From an uncultured Fimbriimonadaceae bacterium (lineage in GTDB: Bacteria; Armatimonadota; UBA10988), in contig CAYONP010000005.1 of the NCBI GenBank assembly GCA_964405335.1, positions 9,202 through 73,201 of the forward strand: a DNA stretch of 64,000 bases, written 5' to 3'. This document shows, one piece after another, positions 28,189 to 37,955 of the stretch (the stretch's first letter is position 1; each line of letters starts with the position of its first letter). A model generated the notes under the pieces. The model was not told where the DNA came from, did no database searches, and saw only the letters and a program-made list of their open reading frames with translations. Made by a program: the position numbers and the translations under genes.

Positions 28189-29760
28189 CTATCCTCCCGG
28201 CTCGTAGCCCCACCCGGCGAACCGCGCCGGGCCCGTGGCGCGAAAGCCGAGCACCCCGCGGCGCGTGTTGTTCGTGTCGCTCACGTAGACCTGGGTCGAC
28301 TCGGCCAGTACCGCGCCGGCGGCGTCGCGGACCCGGATCTGGACCCGGTCGGTGACCACGATGCCCTCGAAGCGGTAGACCCGGCCCGGCTCGAGCCGGA
28401 GCGCATCGCTGTGCCACAGGACCCGGCCGTCAAGCGATTCGAGCCGCAGCTCGTCGCCCAGCGTACAGGCGAAGCCGGCGGCCAGCGACCCAGCGGCCTG
28501 GAACAGCAGTGAGACCGAGCCGGTGCCCTCGCCCGCCTCGACCTCCGTCGTCCAGACCCCCTGCACGCCCTCGGTGGCCAGGTGCAGCGCGGTGCCCTCG
28601 CCGGCGACCCGCAGGTCGCCGTCGCGGCTCCACTCGCCCGCCACCGCACGCCAGCCGTCGCCCAGCGTCGACTCGGGCGCGGCCGAGCTCGCCGCCTGCC
28701 CGAACTCCCAGAACGTGCCGGTGCCGTGCCAGATCATGAAGCCCAGCCCGCCGGCGCGGCCGCGCTCTTCCGGCAACAGCTCGAACGGCGGGCTGGCGGC
28801 CAGCTCGGCGCCGTCGGCCGAGAGCAGCCGCACGCGCACCTGGTCGCCGGCGATGGTCGCCTCGAGCTGGTATTCGGTGTCGTACTGCCAGACGCCCTGT
28901 GGCGACGACCAGAGCGCGGTCATCGGCAGCCGATAGAGCATCAGCCCGCCGTTGCCCCAGGTGCCGCCGAGCCAGCAGTTGAAGCCGCGCAGCAGCTCCG
29001 GATCGATACCGAACAGCAGGCCCGCGCCGCCGGCGCCCGGATCGACCTTGACCCGGCAGCGCCAGGTGCCTTCGGCGCCGCCCAGGCCGAGGTTGACCGC
29101 GGTGCTCCGCTCAACGGCGGCGATCTGCCGCAGCCCCTGCTGTTCCGGCGTCAGCCAGCGCCACTCGCCGGCCACGCCGCCCTCGCCGACCACGCGCCAA
29201 TCGGTGCCCTCGCCGTGCCGCAGGCGGAGCTTGTTCGGCGCATCGGGCACCAGCGGCGAGAGCGGCTCGGCCACCTGCTCCCAGTTGTAGAACCGCGCCC
29301 GGCGCGTGCCCGGCAGGAGCGCCAGTTGCCCGGCGGCGGCGGTCTGCGCCGCCGGCACGTCGAGCCAGTCGCTCTGGCTCTGCAGCTCGCCGCGCTGGTC
29401 GAACATCTGGACCCGGATGCGCCCCGGCTCGATCACCGCCTCGAGCGTGTAGGGCGTGTAGTAGAGGCTCGGCGCGTAGTCGTCGGCCCAGAGCACCTCG
29501 CCGGCGGCGTCGCTGAGCCGAAACCCACCGCCGAGGGTGAGCCGCCAGCCGCGGCCGAGCGCGGCGTCGGTTTGGACCGCGATGCCGGCCTCGGCCGCGC
29601 CGGGTCCGCACTCGACGACCGCCCGCCAGCAGCCGCCGGCGGCGCTGCCGTCGAGCAGCAGCGGCCCGGCCTCGGGCGCGAGCTCGAGCAGCATCGCCCC
29701 GCCGGCGGTCAGGCCGGGCGCGGCGGTCAGCGTCAGGGCGGCCAGCCACATGGCAACCAT
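28189..29760 (-). CDS. secreted protein with repeated LamG/DUF1080-like jelly-roll domains
   Basis: Start at internal Met MVAMWLAALTLTAAPGLTAGGA (signal peptide, GAGGAAAG RBS). The upstream 109 aa are Arg/His junk. G-x-WR-x-V-x-GEW repeats occur three times. Confidence 0.55.
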   Translation of the reverse strand: MVAMWLAALTLTAAPGLTAGGAMLLELAPEAGPLLLDGSAAGGCWRAVVECGPGAAEAGIAVQTDAALGRGWRLTLGGGFRLSDAAGEVLWADDYAPSLYYTPYTLEAVIEPGRIRVQMFDQRGELQSQSDWLDVPAAQTAAAGQLALLPGTRRARFYNWEQVAEPLSPLVPDAPNKLRLRHGEGTDWRVVGEGGVAGEWRWLTPEQQGLRQIAAVERSTAVNLGLGGAEGTWRCRVKVDPGAGGAGLLFGIDPELLRGFNCWLGGTWGNGGLMLYRLPMTALWSSPQGVWQYDTEYQLEATIAGDQVRVRLLSADGAELAASPPFELLPEERGRAGGLGFMIWHGTGTFWEFGQAASSAAPESTLGDGWRAVAGEWSRDGDLRVAGEGTALHLATEGVQGVWTTEVEAGEGTGSVSLLFQAAGSLAAGFACTLGDELRLESLDGRVLWHSDALRLEPGRVYRFEGIVVTDRVQIRVRDAAGAVLAESTQVYVSDTNNTRRGVLGFRATGPARFAGWGYEPGG

Positions 29761-29768
29761 CGCTTTCC

Positions 29769-30965
29769 TCACGCCGGATCGAAGCTGGGGATGTCGAGCA
29801 GCTCGCCGCCGCGGCGGCTCGATTCGTTGGCGATGATGCCCGGCACGGTCATCGCCAGCGCTTCGTAGAGGTTGACCTCCGGCTCGCGTTGCTCGACCAG
29901 CGCCATGACGAACTCGTGGGTCAGAAACGGGTGCGACCGCCCGTGCCCCGTGTCGCGGCGCATCAGCGGCGGGACCATGTGCCAGTAGTCGGGCAGCTCG
30001 CCGAGCGTGGTGCCGTCGGCGAGCAGCAGCCGGTGCGGCTGCCCGCCCGAGCCGGCCATGTAATAGGTGCCCTGGTCGCCGATCCACTGCGCCCGTTCGC
30101 CGTGGGCGTTGAGGTGCCAGCAGACGTTGCCCCGGAAGGCGTGCCCGCCGCTGGTCCGGAACATCGCCACCTGGCTTTGGAACGGGTTCTGGTAGTCGTT
30201 GTTGTCGGCCCGAAAGGCCTCGTCATCGCCGCCGAGGCCGACGCAGCTCACCTGCGTCAGCCGCTCGCCGGTGACGCTGACCAGGAACGAGGTGGTGTGG
30301 GTCGGGTAGAGCATCGGGGTCAGGCCCCAGCGCCAGGTGCGCTGGCCGTCGCGCAGGAACAGCCCCTCGCGCTCGGCTCCGCGGAAGGGATGGTAATACT
30401 CGCCCTCGACATAGAGCAGCTCGCCGAACAGCCCGTCCTGATAGAGCCGCTTGGCGGTGATGGTCTCCCAGCGGTAGTGGCTGGTCTCGGCCATCATGTA
30501 GGTCAGGCCGGTGCGCTCTTTGACCGCTTTCAGCTCGCGCGCCTCGTCGAGCGTGAGGCAGGCCGGCACGGCGCTGATCACATGCTTGCCGTGGGCAAAG
30601 CAGTCGAGCACGTGGCGGGCATGGTCGGGCGCGCCGGTGAAGACGGCCACCGCCTCGACCTGCGGGTCGGTGACCAGCACCTCGAGCGACGGGTAGCTCC
30701 GCTCGCAGCCATAGACCTGCTGCAGCCGTATGTTGCGCTCGGGGATCAGGTCGCTGACGGCATAGACCTCGCAGTTCGGGTGCTCGTGCCAGTGGAAGCT
30801 GCAGCCGAACCCGCCGCCGACCACACCGATGCGGATCTTGCGGTCGGAGGTCTGTTCCCAGGTCGGCATCGCCGCCGCCAGCCGCGGTCCGAGCGCCAGG
30901 CCGGCGGCGGCGGCGCCGACCTGCAGGAAGGTCCGACGAGTGACAGCGGTCGACGGCTCGGGCAT
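29769..30965 (-). CDS. Gfo/Idh/MocA family oxidoreductase, Tat-exported
   Basis: Twin-arginine signal TRRTFLQVGAAAAGLA. Rossmann fold IRIGVVGGGFG. The C-terminal Gfo/Idh/MocA alpha/beta domain. Confidence 0.8.
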   Translation of the reverse strand: MPEPSTAVTRRTFLQVGAAAAGLALGPRLAAAMPTWEQTSDRKIRIGVVGGGFGCSFHWHEHPNCEVYAVSDLIPERNIRLQQVYGCERSYPSLEVLVTDPQVEAVAVFTGAPDHARHVLDCFAHGKHVISAVPACLTLDEARELKAVKERTGLTYMMAETSHYRWETITAKRLYQDGLFGELLYVEGEYYHPFRGAEREGLFLRDGQRTWRWGLTPMLYPTHTTSFLVSVTGERLTQVSCVGLGGDDEAFRADNNDYQNPFQSQVAMFRTSGGHAFRGNVCWHLNAHGERAQWIGDQGTYYMAGSGGQPHRLLLADGTTLGELPDYWHMVPPLMRRDTGHGRSHPFLTHEFVMALVEQREPEVNLYEALAMTVPGIIANESSRRGGELLDIPSFDPA

Positions 30966-31011
30966 GACTCACTCCGCGGGGAGTTTTGGCCGGCCCGAGG
31001 CGGCTTCCCTC

Positions 31012-31875
31012 CTACTCGTCCGCGGGCTGCTCCGGCAGCGGCACAGTCGGCTCGCCGGTCACGGTCAGGCTCGAGTTGAGGCTGACCTTGAGCGTGTCGA
31101 CCACCAGCGCATCGCAGGTCAGGTTGCCCCCCGTGACGACCTCGAGGCGCGACAGCGGCGCGTAGACCAGGCCGTCGAGCGTGGCGTGCCCTTTCCAGAA
31201 GATCGCCGCCGTCTTCCGGCTGGTCGAACCGAACACCACGCCGGCCAACGGCCCCTCGGTCGGCGCGCTCAACTCGAGGCGGCTCTGCTCGCCGCTGAAG
31301 CTCAGCGAGCCCGGATTGTCGCCGACGAAGAGCAGCGTCACGCCCTCGCCTTGGATCACCGTGTCGCGCGGCACCCACAGGTCGCCGTCGACAAAGGCAT
31401 AGAGACCCGGCGCGAGAGTGATCTCCGAATCGCCACCGACGGTCAGGCCGCCGTAGTAGACGCCGGGTTGGAGGGTCAGCCGCAGCTCGTCGTCGAGCCA
31501 GACGCGTTCGTTCGAGCGGACTTCGTCGATCGCCGGCACCTGGAGGAAGGCATACGGGTTGTCCATCACCCCGACCTGCACCGGCTGCGGGTCGATGCGG
31601 TGGCCATGCCAGGCCATGCCGCCGACCATGCCGATGGTCCCGTCCTCGGCCACCAGCGTGCCGCGGCCCATGAACAGGCCGTGCACGTGCGAGCTGTTGA
31701 CCTGCACGTCGCCGTGCTCGACGGTCAGCACCGCGTCGCCGTCCACCAGCAGGGCCATGGCCGTGTCGTCGGCGTTGAGGACCAGCACCGGCGGAGCGGT
31801 GACGAACCGCTGCCCCGCGGCGGCAACGGCCGCGGACACGAGCAGGAATGCGAGCCCATAGCGCGCCCAGAACAT
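31012..31875 (-). CDS. secreted hypothetical protein
   Basis: Signal peptide MFWARYGLAFLLVSAAVAAAG. A beta-rich body. Same strand and tight spacing with the Gfo/Idh/MocA gene. Confidence 0.5.
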   Translation of the reverse strand: MFWARYGLAFLLVSAAVAAAGQRFVTAPPVLVLNADDTAMALLVDGDAVLTVEHGDVQVNSSHVHGLFMGRGTLVAEDGTIGMVGGMAWHGHRIDPQPVQVGVMDNPYAFLQVPAIDEVRSNERVWLDDELRLTLQPGVYYGGLTVGGDSEITLAPGLYAFVDGDLWVPRDTVIQGEGVTLLFVGDNPGSLSFSGEQSRLELSAPTEGPLAGVVFGSTSRKTAAIFWKGHATLDGLVYAPLSRLEVVTGGNLTCDALVVDTLKVSLNSSLTVTGEPTVPLPEQPADE

Positions 31876-31945
31876 GGCGGTTCACCCGTGCCGCGCCCGC
31901 GGCATAGCGCGATTCTGCGGTCGCGCCGTCGTCTCGTCAACCGCC

Positions 31946-34777
31946 TCACGGTGCGAGCGAATAGACCCCGCCGGCGACCGTTTCGAGGCTTACCAGCCCG
32001 CCGTCGGGCCGGCGCACGCGGCACGGCCCGCCGCGGTCGCTGCGGATGACCGCACCGGCCAGACGCCCGTCGCGCCAGGCCAGGTCGACCTCGAACCCGC
32101 CGCGCGCGCGCAGGCCGCGGACTTCGCCCGTCGGCCAGGTCGACGGCAGCGCCGGCAGCAGCCGGATCTCGCCCAACTGGCTCTGGACCAGCAGCTCGCA
32201 GACCGCCGCGGTGGCGCCGAAGTTGCCGTCGATCTGGAAGATGTGCGGCGGGTGGAGGTCGAACAGGTTGGCCTCGGTGCTCTTGGCCAGCAGGTTGAGC
32301 AGCCCCTCGGCGGCCCGGTCGCCCTCGCCCAGGCGGGCCCAGAAAGCGCAGATCCAGGCCTGGCTCCAGCCGGTGTGCCCGCCGCCGTGTGCCAACCGGC
32401 GCTCCAGGCTCCGCCGAGCGGCGGCCAGCAGCGCCTCGTTGCCCGGCCGCAGCAGCTCGTCGCCGGGGTGCAGGGCAAACAGGTGCGAGAGGTGCCGGTG
32501 GCCCGGCTCCGGCTCGTCGAAGTCCTCCGGCCACTCCTGCAACTGGCCGTGCCGGCCAATCCGCATCGGCGTCAGCCGCGCACGGGCGGCGGCTAGCTCG
32601 GCGGCAAGATCCGGCTCGATGTCCAGCACGCGCGCCGCCTCGAGCACATGGTCGAACAGGCTGCCGATCAGTTGCTGGTCCATGGTCGGACCGAGGCAGA
32701 GGTTGGCCTGCGCGCCGTCGGCCGTGCGGAAGCTGTTCTCGGGCGAGACGCTCGGCCCGCCGCGCAGCAGCCCAGTGCGCGGATCCTCGACCGTCCAGTC
32801 GAGACAGAACTCGGCCGCGCCACGCAAGATGGGCCAGGCAAAGCGGCGCAGCCAGGCCTCGTCGCGGGTGAACTCGTAGTGGTCCCACAGGTGCTCGCAG
32901 AGCCACACCCCGCCGGTCGGCCAGCAGCCCCAGCCGACGCCCCAGCCGGGCGCGGTGTAGCCCCACACGTTGGTGATGGTGTGCGCGGTCCAGCCCCGCG
33001 CGCCGTACATCGTCCGCGCCGTCCGGCCGCCCGGCTCGACCAGGCTGGCGATCAGCTCGAACAGCGGCTCGGCGCAGTCGCTCAGGTTGGCCGTTTCGGC
33101 CGGCCAGTAGTTCATCTGCAGGTTGATGTTCAGGTGGTAATCGCTGTGCCAGGCCGGCCGCAGCTCGTGGCACCAGAGGCCCTGTAGGTTGGCCGGCAGG
33201 CTGCCCGGCCGTGACGAGGCGAGCAGCAGGTAGCGGCCGTACTGCGCATGGAGCGCGACCAACCCCGGATCATCGCCGCCGGCACGCACCGCGGCGAGGC
33301 GTTCATCGGTCGGCAACGCGTCCTGGGCGGAGTGGCCGAGCTCGAGGTGGAAGCGGTCCATCGCCGCCTGATGCTCGGCCACGGCCGGGTTGCGCAGCGC
33401 CTGATAGGCCTTGGCCGCGGCGCGGTCGACTTGCCCCTGCGCCGCGGCGGCCGGCTCGGCCTCGCGAAAGCCCGTCGCCGCGGCGATCACGATGGTCGCC
33501 GCATCGGCGCCGTCGACCACCAGCGTGGCGCCCTCGGCGCGCAGCGTGCCGCCCTCGGGGACGATCCGCGCCCGGGCGGCGAAGCGCATCCCCGCCCCGC
33601 CGTCGCAGGCGCCGTCGAGGGTGAGGGTGTCGCCCGCCGCGCCGGCCGTCGCATCCGCCTCGCGCGACAGACCGGCGGCGAAGGTGAGTCGCCCCGGCCG
33701 ATCGCAACTCAGTCGCAGCACCAGCACCCCGTCGGGCGCCGAGGCGAACAGCTCGCGGGTGAACCGCGCCCCGCCGGCGAGATACTCGACCCGCGCCAGG
33801 CCGCGCCGCAGGTCGAGCGTGCGGACGTAGTCGTCGACCCGTTCGGGTTGGTCGGCGAAGGTGAGGGTCAGGTCACCGAGGGTCTGGAATGTGGTGTGAT
33901 AGACCCCGTCAAACCCGCCGCCGAGGTTGGTCAAGTGCTGCTGCGCCAGGCCTTGCGCCTCGGTATAGCGGCCGTCGAGCAGCAGCGCGCGGATCTCCGG
34001 CAGATGCTCGAGCGCCGCCGGGTTGTCGGCCTCGGCCGGCCCGCCCGACCAGAGGCTGTCCTCGTTGAGCTGCAGTCGCTCGATTTCGAGCCCGCCGTGG
34101 GGCATCGCCCCCAGCCGACCGTTGCCGACCGGCAGCGCGGCGAACCAGTCCTCGGCCGGGGCGCGGTACCACAGCGTCAGTGGCTCCGCCGGCGGGCGCT
34201 GTCGGCCGGCGACGATGGTCCGCGGCCGGCCCGCCGGCCGGCCCGCCGCCGCGCGATACTGCTCCGCGGCCATGGCCAACTCTCCTTGCGCGAGTGACGC
34301 CCACCGCGGGTCGTCGCCGAGCCGGAACTGCCACTCGCCCGCCAGCTCCAGCTCGCCGCGCGGGCCGACCAGCCGCAGCGGCCCGGCGGTGATGCCGCCC
34401 GAGCCGCCGGCATCGTAGACCCGCACGGCAATCAGGTTGTCCTCGCCGAACCGCCACCCGGCCGCCGGCACGCGATACTCACGCTGCGCCTGCCAGGCCG
34501 TCCGCGCGTCGGGCGGCATCGTCCCCGTGGCGCCGACCAGCGCACCATTGACGTAGGTCTCGTCGCAGTCATCGATCTGGCCGAGCCGGAGGGTCAGGTC
34601 GGCGCCGGCCCAGTCGGCCGGCAGGTGGACGAAGCAGCGGTACCAGGCGAAGCCGTCATGGCTGCGCTGTGCGGCCGGCAGCACCTGGCTCCAGTCGCCG
34701 GGCACCGGCACCAGCGACCAGTCGGGTCCGGCGAGCAGGATGCAGAGGGCAAGGGTGGTCATCGCGGCACGATGCAC
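31946..34777 (-). CDS. glycoside hydrolase family 95-like (alpha-L-fucosidase type) with N-terminal sugar-binding jelly-roll domain
   Basis: [39 protein letters not shown] and the (alpha/alpha)6 region are GH95 hallmarks. The N-terminal GH2-like sugar-binding domain (FAWYRCFV…NGALVG). Confidence 0.75.
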   Translation of the reverse strand: MHRAAMTTLALCILLAGPDWSLVPVPGDWSQVLPAAQRSHDGFAWYRCFVHLPADWAGADLTLRLGQIDDCDETYVNGALVGATGTMPPDARTAWQAQREYRVPAAGWRFGEDNLIAVRVYDAGGSGGITAGPLRLVGPRGELELAGEWQFRLGDDPRWASLAQGELAMAAEQYRAAAGRPAGRPRTIVAGRQRPPAEPLTLWYRAPAEDWFAALPVGNGRLGAMPHGGLEIERLQLNEDSLWSGGPAEADNPAALEHLPEIRALLLDGRYTEAQGLAQQHLTNLGGGFDGVYHTTFQTLGDLTLTFADQPERVDDYVRTLDLRRGLARVEYLAGGARFTRELFASAPDGVLVLRLSCDRPGRLTFAAGLSREADATAGAAGDTLTLDGACDGGAGMRFAARARIVPEGGTLRAEGATLVVDGADAATIVIAAATGFREAEPAAAAQGQVDRAAAKAYQALRNPAVAEHQAAMDRFHLELGHSAQDALPTDERLAAVRAGGDDPGLVALHAQYGRYLLLASSRPGSLPANLQGLWCHELRPAWHSDYHLNINLQMNYWPAETANLSDCAEPLFELIASLVEPGGRTARTMYGARGWTAHTITNVWGYTAPGWGVGWGCWPTGGVWLCEHLWDHYEFTRDEAWLRRFAWPILRGAAEFCLDWTVEDPRTGLLRGGPSVSPENSFRTADGAQANLCLGPTMDQQLIGSLFDHVLEAARVLDIEPDLAAELAAARARLTPMRIGRHGQLQEWPEDFDEPEPGHRHLSHLFALHPGDELLRPGNEALLAAARRSLERRLAHGGGHTGWSQAWICAFWARLGEGDRAAEGLLNLLAKSTEANLFDLHPPHIFQIDGNFGATAAVCELLVQSQLGEIRLLPALPSTWPTGEVRGLRARGGFEVDLAWRDGRLAGAVIRSDRGGPCRVRRPDGGLVSLETVAGGVYSLAP

Positions 34778-34832
34778 CGGCGGCGGCGGAATCCCTCCGA
34801 CAGGACTCTCGCAAATCCATTGCAGAAAAGTG

Positions 34833-34858
34833 GGAACGCGGTTCCGGCTGACCCGTCT
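34833..34858 (+). promoter_or_regulatory. ECF sigma-type promoter GGAAC-N16-CGTC upstream of Spy-like/sigma operon
   Basis: tGGGAACgcggttccggctgacCCGTCtc, with -35 GGAAC at 34833-34837, an exact 16-nt spacer, and CGTC at 34854-34857. It lies about 30 nt upstream of ATG 34888, leaving room for a GAGGAGG RBS. This is consistent with autoregulation by the ECF sigma encoded two genes downstream. Confidence 0.5.
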
Positions 34859-34887
34859 CGGAAGGTGGATGCGCGAGGAGGTAGATC

Positions 34888-35340
34888 ATGAAGCGCATGA
34901 TTTGGACGCTGGCGGCGGCGCTGATGACCGTCGCGGCGGTGCACGCGCAGGCCGCTGATCCGGCGCCGGACACCTGTCCGCTGTGTGGCCGGGTCGGGCC
35001 GGTCGGTCCGGTGTGGCAGAGCCAGGCTCAGGCCGACCTGCGCCAGGCGGTGCGCGAGGCCAACTGGGAGTTGTACCGGCTGATGAACACCGAGCCGGTC
35101 GACGAGGCGGCGGTGGCCGCGCAGCAGGCGCGGGTCGACGAGCTGCGCCAGGAGATGTGGGCCCAGCGCGACCTGGAGCGGCAGCAGATGCAGCAGACGC
35201 GGCCGGGCCAGGGCTTCGGCCGGGGCAACGGGCCGTTCGGTCAGGGCCGTGGCCAGGGCTTCGGACGCGGCTACGGCCGCGGCGGCGGGCAGCGGGCGGG
35301 CTGGGGCCGCGGCTTCGGTCGTGGGCCGAATGCCTGGTGA
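34888..35340 (+). CDS. periplasmic Spy/CpxP/ZraP-family chaperone-like protein with CxxC motif and FGRG-repeat tail
   Basis: Signal peptide MKRMIWTLAAALMTVAAVHAQA. Helical core (LRQAVREANWELYRLMNTEPVDEAAVAAQQARVDELRQEMWAQRDLERQQMQQ), as in Spy/ZraP. CPLCG after the signal peptide. Tail GFGRGNGPFGQGRGQGFGRGYGRGGG. Confidence 0.55.
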   Translation: MKRMIWTLAAALMTVAAVHAQAADPAPDTCPLCGRVGPVGPVWQSQAQADLRQAVREANWELYRLMNTEPVDEAAVAAQQARVDELRQEMWAQRDLERQQMQQTRPGQGFGRGNGPFGQGRGQGFGRGYGRGGGQRAGWGRGFGRGPNAW

Positions 35341-35352
35341 ACTGAGGCGCGC

Positions 35353-35907
35353 ATGGGCGCTGGGGCATGGTCGAATGGTGCGGGCGGGCTCGTCGAGCGC
35401 GCCCGCACCGGCGACCGCGGCGCCCAGCAAGCGCTGTTCGAGGTCTGGCAGATGCCTGTCTACAACTACCTCAAGCAGATGACCCGCGACCCCGACGCGG
35501 CCGCCGACCTGACCCAGGAGACCTTCGTCCGGGCGCTGGGCAACCTGCGCCGCTTACGTCACGACGGCGCGTTCCGGTCGTGGCTGTTTCAGATCGCGCA
35601 CAACCTGGTCAAGGACCGCGCCGCGGCGCCGCTGGTCGAGCTGGATGAGGATCCGCCCGAGACCGCCGATCCGGCCGCCGGGCCAGAAACGAGCCTCGAG
35701 CGCGACGAGCTGAAGAGCGCCGTCGATCGGGCGGTGGCCGGGCTCTCGGCCGAGCATCGCGAGGTAGTGCTGCTGCACCACCTGCGCGGCCTAGAAGTCG
35801 ACGAAATCGCGCACAGCCTGCGCCTGCCGGCCGGCACGGTGAAGTCGCGGCTGGCGCGGGCGCGGGGCATCCTGCGGCGGCGCCTGGCGCCGTATGTGGA
35901 GGGCTGA
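35353..35907 (+). CDS. RNA polymerase ECF-type sigma factor (sigma-70 region 2 + region 4)
   Basis: Region 2 LFEVWQMPVYNYLKQMTRDPDAAADLTQETFVRA…FRSWLFQIAHNLVKD. Region 4 REVVLLHHLRGLEVDEIAHSLRLPAGTVKSRLARA. Confidence 0.85.
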   Translation: MGAGAWSNGAGGLVERARTGDRGAQQALFEVWQMPVYNYLKQMTRDPDAAADLTQETFVRALGNLRRLRHDGAFRSWLFQIAHNLVKDRAAAPLVELDEDPPETADPAAGPETSLERDELKSAVDRAVAGLSAEHREVVLLHHLRGLEVDEIAHSLRLPAGTVKSRLARARGILRRRLAPYVEG

Positions 35908-35908
35908 C

Positions 35909-36328
35909 ATGGACTGCGACAAGCTGCGCCAACGGCTGCCCGAGCTGATCGAGGGCTGCCTCAAGCAGCGCGACCGGCTGGCGCTCGAGCAGCACCTCGG
36001 GTCGTGCCCCGAGTGCCAGGCCGAGCTGGCCTGCCTGCGCCGGGTCGCCTCGCTGTTCGAGACCCTCTGCGACGAGCCGCCGCCGGCGGGTCTGTGGGAC
36101 CAGGTCTCGGCCCGGCTGCCGGTCGCCGCGCCGCGGCGGCTGCCGCGCCTGGCCCTGGCCGGCGCGCTCGCAGCCGGGCTGATTGGCCTGGCGCTGCTGC
36201 GCCCGCCGGAGCCCGAGCCGGCGACGCCATTCCTGCGCGACCACTACCGCGCCACCTCGCTGGTCGCCCTGGGCAACCCGGCGGTCAGCGACGTGATGGC
36301 CTATGTGGTGACGGAGCCCGGGCAATGA
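35909..36328 (+). CDS. anti-sigma factor, zf-HC2 type, single TM
   Basis: MDCDKLRQRLPELIEGCL…HLGSCPECQAE (H-x3-C-x2-C zinc motif) and one TM (LALAGALAAGLIGLALL). It lies immediately after the ECF sigma. I chose the Met 2 nt after the sigma stop, with GGAGGG RBS. Confidence 0.65.
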   Translation: MDCDKLRQRLPELIEGCLKQRDRLALEQHLGSCPECQAELACLRRVASLFETLCDEPPPAGLWDQVSARLPVAAPRRLPRLALAGALAAGLIGLALLRPPEPEPATPFLRDHYRATSLVALGNPAVSDVMAYVVTEPGQ

Positions 36329-37299
36329 TCCGCTCCCTCCTGGCCCTGCTGCTGGCCGCCGGCGCCGCCGGCGCCGACGACCTGGCGCTGCTCCGCCGCG
36401 CGGTCGAGGCCGACGCGGCGCGGCCGCGCATCGGGCGGCAGAGCATCGAGGTCTATCCCACGGAGGCGGCGGTCCGCAGCGAGGTCGAGGTCGCCTTCGA
36501 CGGCGCCGGACATGCCCGGCGCGAGCACCGCAGCGGCCCGAGCGCTGGGCTGGTGGTGATCAGTGAGGGCCGTTACGAGTGGCTGCGCGGGCCCGGCGCG
36601 ACGGCCTGGGTGCGGACCATCTCGAGCCGCGCCGGCGATGTCGATCTCCGTGCCGGGCAGCTCGACCGGCTGGCTTCGAACTACACGATCAGCATCAGCC
36701 GCGGCGGCGAGGTGGCCGGGCGGGCGACGCAACGCCTCGACCTCACTCCGCGCCGCGAGGGCAACCCGTCGCGGCGACTGTGGGTCGACGCGGCCACCGG
36801 CCTGACGCTCCGCTGCGAAATCCGCAACCGAGCCGGCGAGCTGGTCCAGCGCTGGAGCTACGCCAGCCTGCGCTATGCCGCGCCCGACCCGGCCACGGTC
36901 CGCCTGCCGGCCGACGCCGAACGCTACACCGGCGCCGCGCCGGGCAGCCTCGAACAGGTCGCCAGCCAGGCCGAACTCGAACGGCGGCTCGGCCATCCGG
37001 TGCTCCGGCCGCGCAACCTGCCCGCCGGCTATATCGCCAGCGGCTGGTTTGTCCGGGCTTGCCGCGAGGGTGGCTTCACGCCGGTGACGACTTTCTCGGA
37101 CGGGCTTAACGCGGTCACCCTGATGGAAACTCGCGGCCGTGGCAGGGGACGCGGCCGCCGCTGGCGCGGTGGGCGATGTCAGATCCAGCCGAGCCGGCTG
37201 CAGGTCGTCGTCCGGGTCGGGGTCGACGGGCACGAGGCGGTGATTGTCGGCGACCATGCGCCGGCCGGGCTCGAGGCCATGGCGCGGAGTTTGGAGTGA
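36325..37299 (+). CDS. MucB/RseB-like periplasmic sigma-E regulatory protein (LolA-fold), tentative
   Basis: ATGA overlap with the anti-sigma stop. Signal peptide MIRSLLALLLAAGAAGA. Weak but patterned similarity to RseB (…D(R/L)AGELVQRW… and a C-terminal helix). The upstream 107 aa of the ORF are Arg/Gly junk. Confidence 0.45.
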   Translation: MIRSLLALLLAAGAAGADDLALLRRAVEADAARPRIGRQSIEVYPTEAAVRSEVEVAFDGAGHARREHRSGPSAGLVVISEGRYEWLRGPGATAWVRTISSRAGDVDLRAGQLDRLASNYTISISRGGEVAGRATQRLDLTPRREGNPSRRLWVDAATGLTLRCEIRNRAGELVQRWSYASLRYAAPDPATVRLPADAERYTGAAPGSLEQVASQAELERRLGHPVLRPRNLPAGYIASGWFVRACREGGFTPVTTFSDGLNAVTLMETRGRGRGRGRRWRGGRCQIQPSRLQVVVRVGVDGHEAVIVGDHAPAGLEAMARSLE

Positions 37300-37304
37300 C
37301 CACC

Positions 37305-37907
37305 ATGCACCGGCGGAGCTTCTCACCGCGAGCCTTCGTCTCGTTGGTCGCCGCCGTCCAACTGGTGCTGCTGGCTGCCAGCGGGCTGGTGCTCTTGGTC
37401 GCGCCGGCGTGCGGAGTGGCGGCCCGCATGGGCTGGGCGGTCGGCGGGCTGAGCAAGGAGCAGTGGCAGGCGGTCCACGTCAACACCGGGCTGGTCTTCC
37501 TGATCATCGGCACCTGGCATCTGGTCTTCAACTGGAAGGCGCTGCTGCACTACCTGCGCCGGCGGCTCGGCGCGGAACGACGTTGGCGGCTCGAGCCGCT
37601 CTATGCCGGGCTGTTCGGCCTGCTGCTGGTGCTCGGCCCGGCCACCGACATGGCGCCCTTCGCGCAGGTGACCGCCCTGTCCGAACGGCTCTCCGCGGCG
37701 TGGACCGCCCGCGTCTCGACGTCTGGCGGGCAGAGCTGGGGACAGATGAACCTGGCCGAGCTCTGCGAGGCCGCCGAGCTGAGCCTGCCGGCCGTGCTCG
37801 ACCGCCTGGCCGGCCTCGGACTGGCGGCCGACGACACCACCTCGGTGCGCGCCGTGGCCGACGCGCTCGGCTTGCCGCCCAGCCAGCTGGCCGAGGCGTT
37901 GCGGTAA
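37305..37907 (+). CDS. DUF4405-like small membrane protein with C-terminal helix-hairpin-like region
   Basis: Start at internal Met MHRRSFSPRAFVSLVAAVQLVLLA (TM1) with GGAG RBS. The second helix has conserved His/Trp (LVFLIIGTWHLVFNW). Confidence 0.45.
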   Translation: MHRRSFSPRAFVSLVAAVQLVLLAASGLVLLVAPACGVAARMGWAVGGLSKEQWQAVHVNTGLVFLIIGTWHLVFNWKALLHYLRRRLGAERRWRLEPLYAGLFGLLLVLGPATDMAPFAQVTALSERLSAAWTARVSTSGGQSWGQMNLAELCEAAELSLPAVLDRLAGLGLAADDTTSVRAVADALGLPPSQLAEALR

Positions 37908-37955
37908 CGCGCAGGACCGGCCGGGCCGGCGGCCAACCTCTCCACGGAGCCGCCG

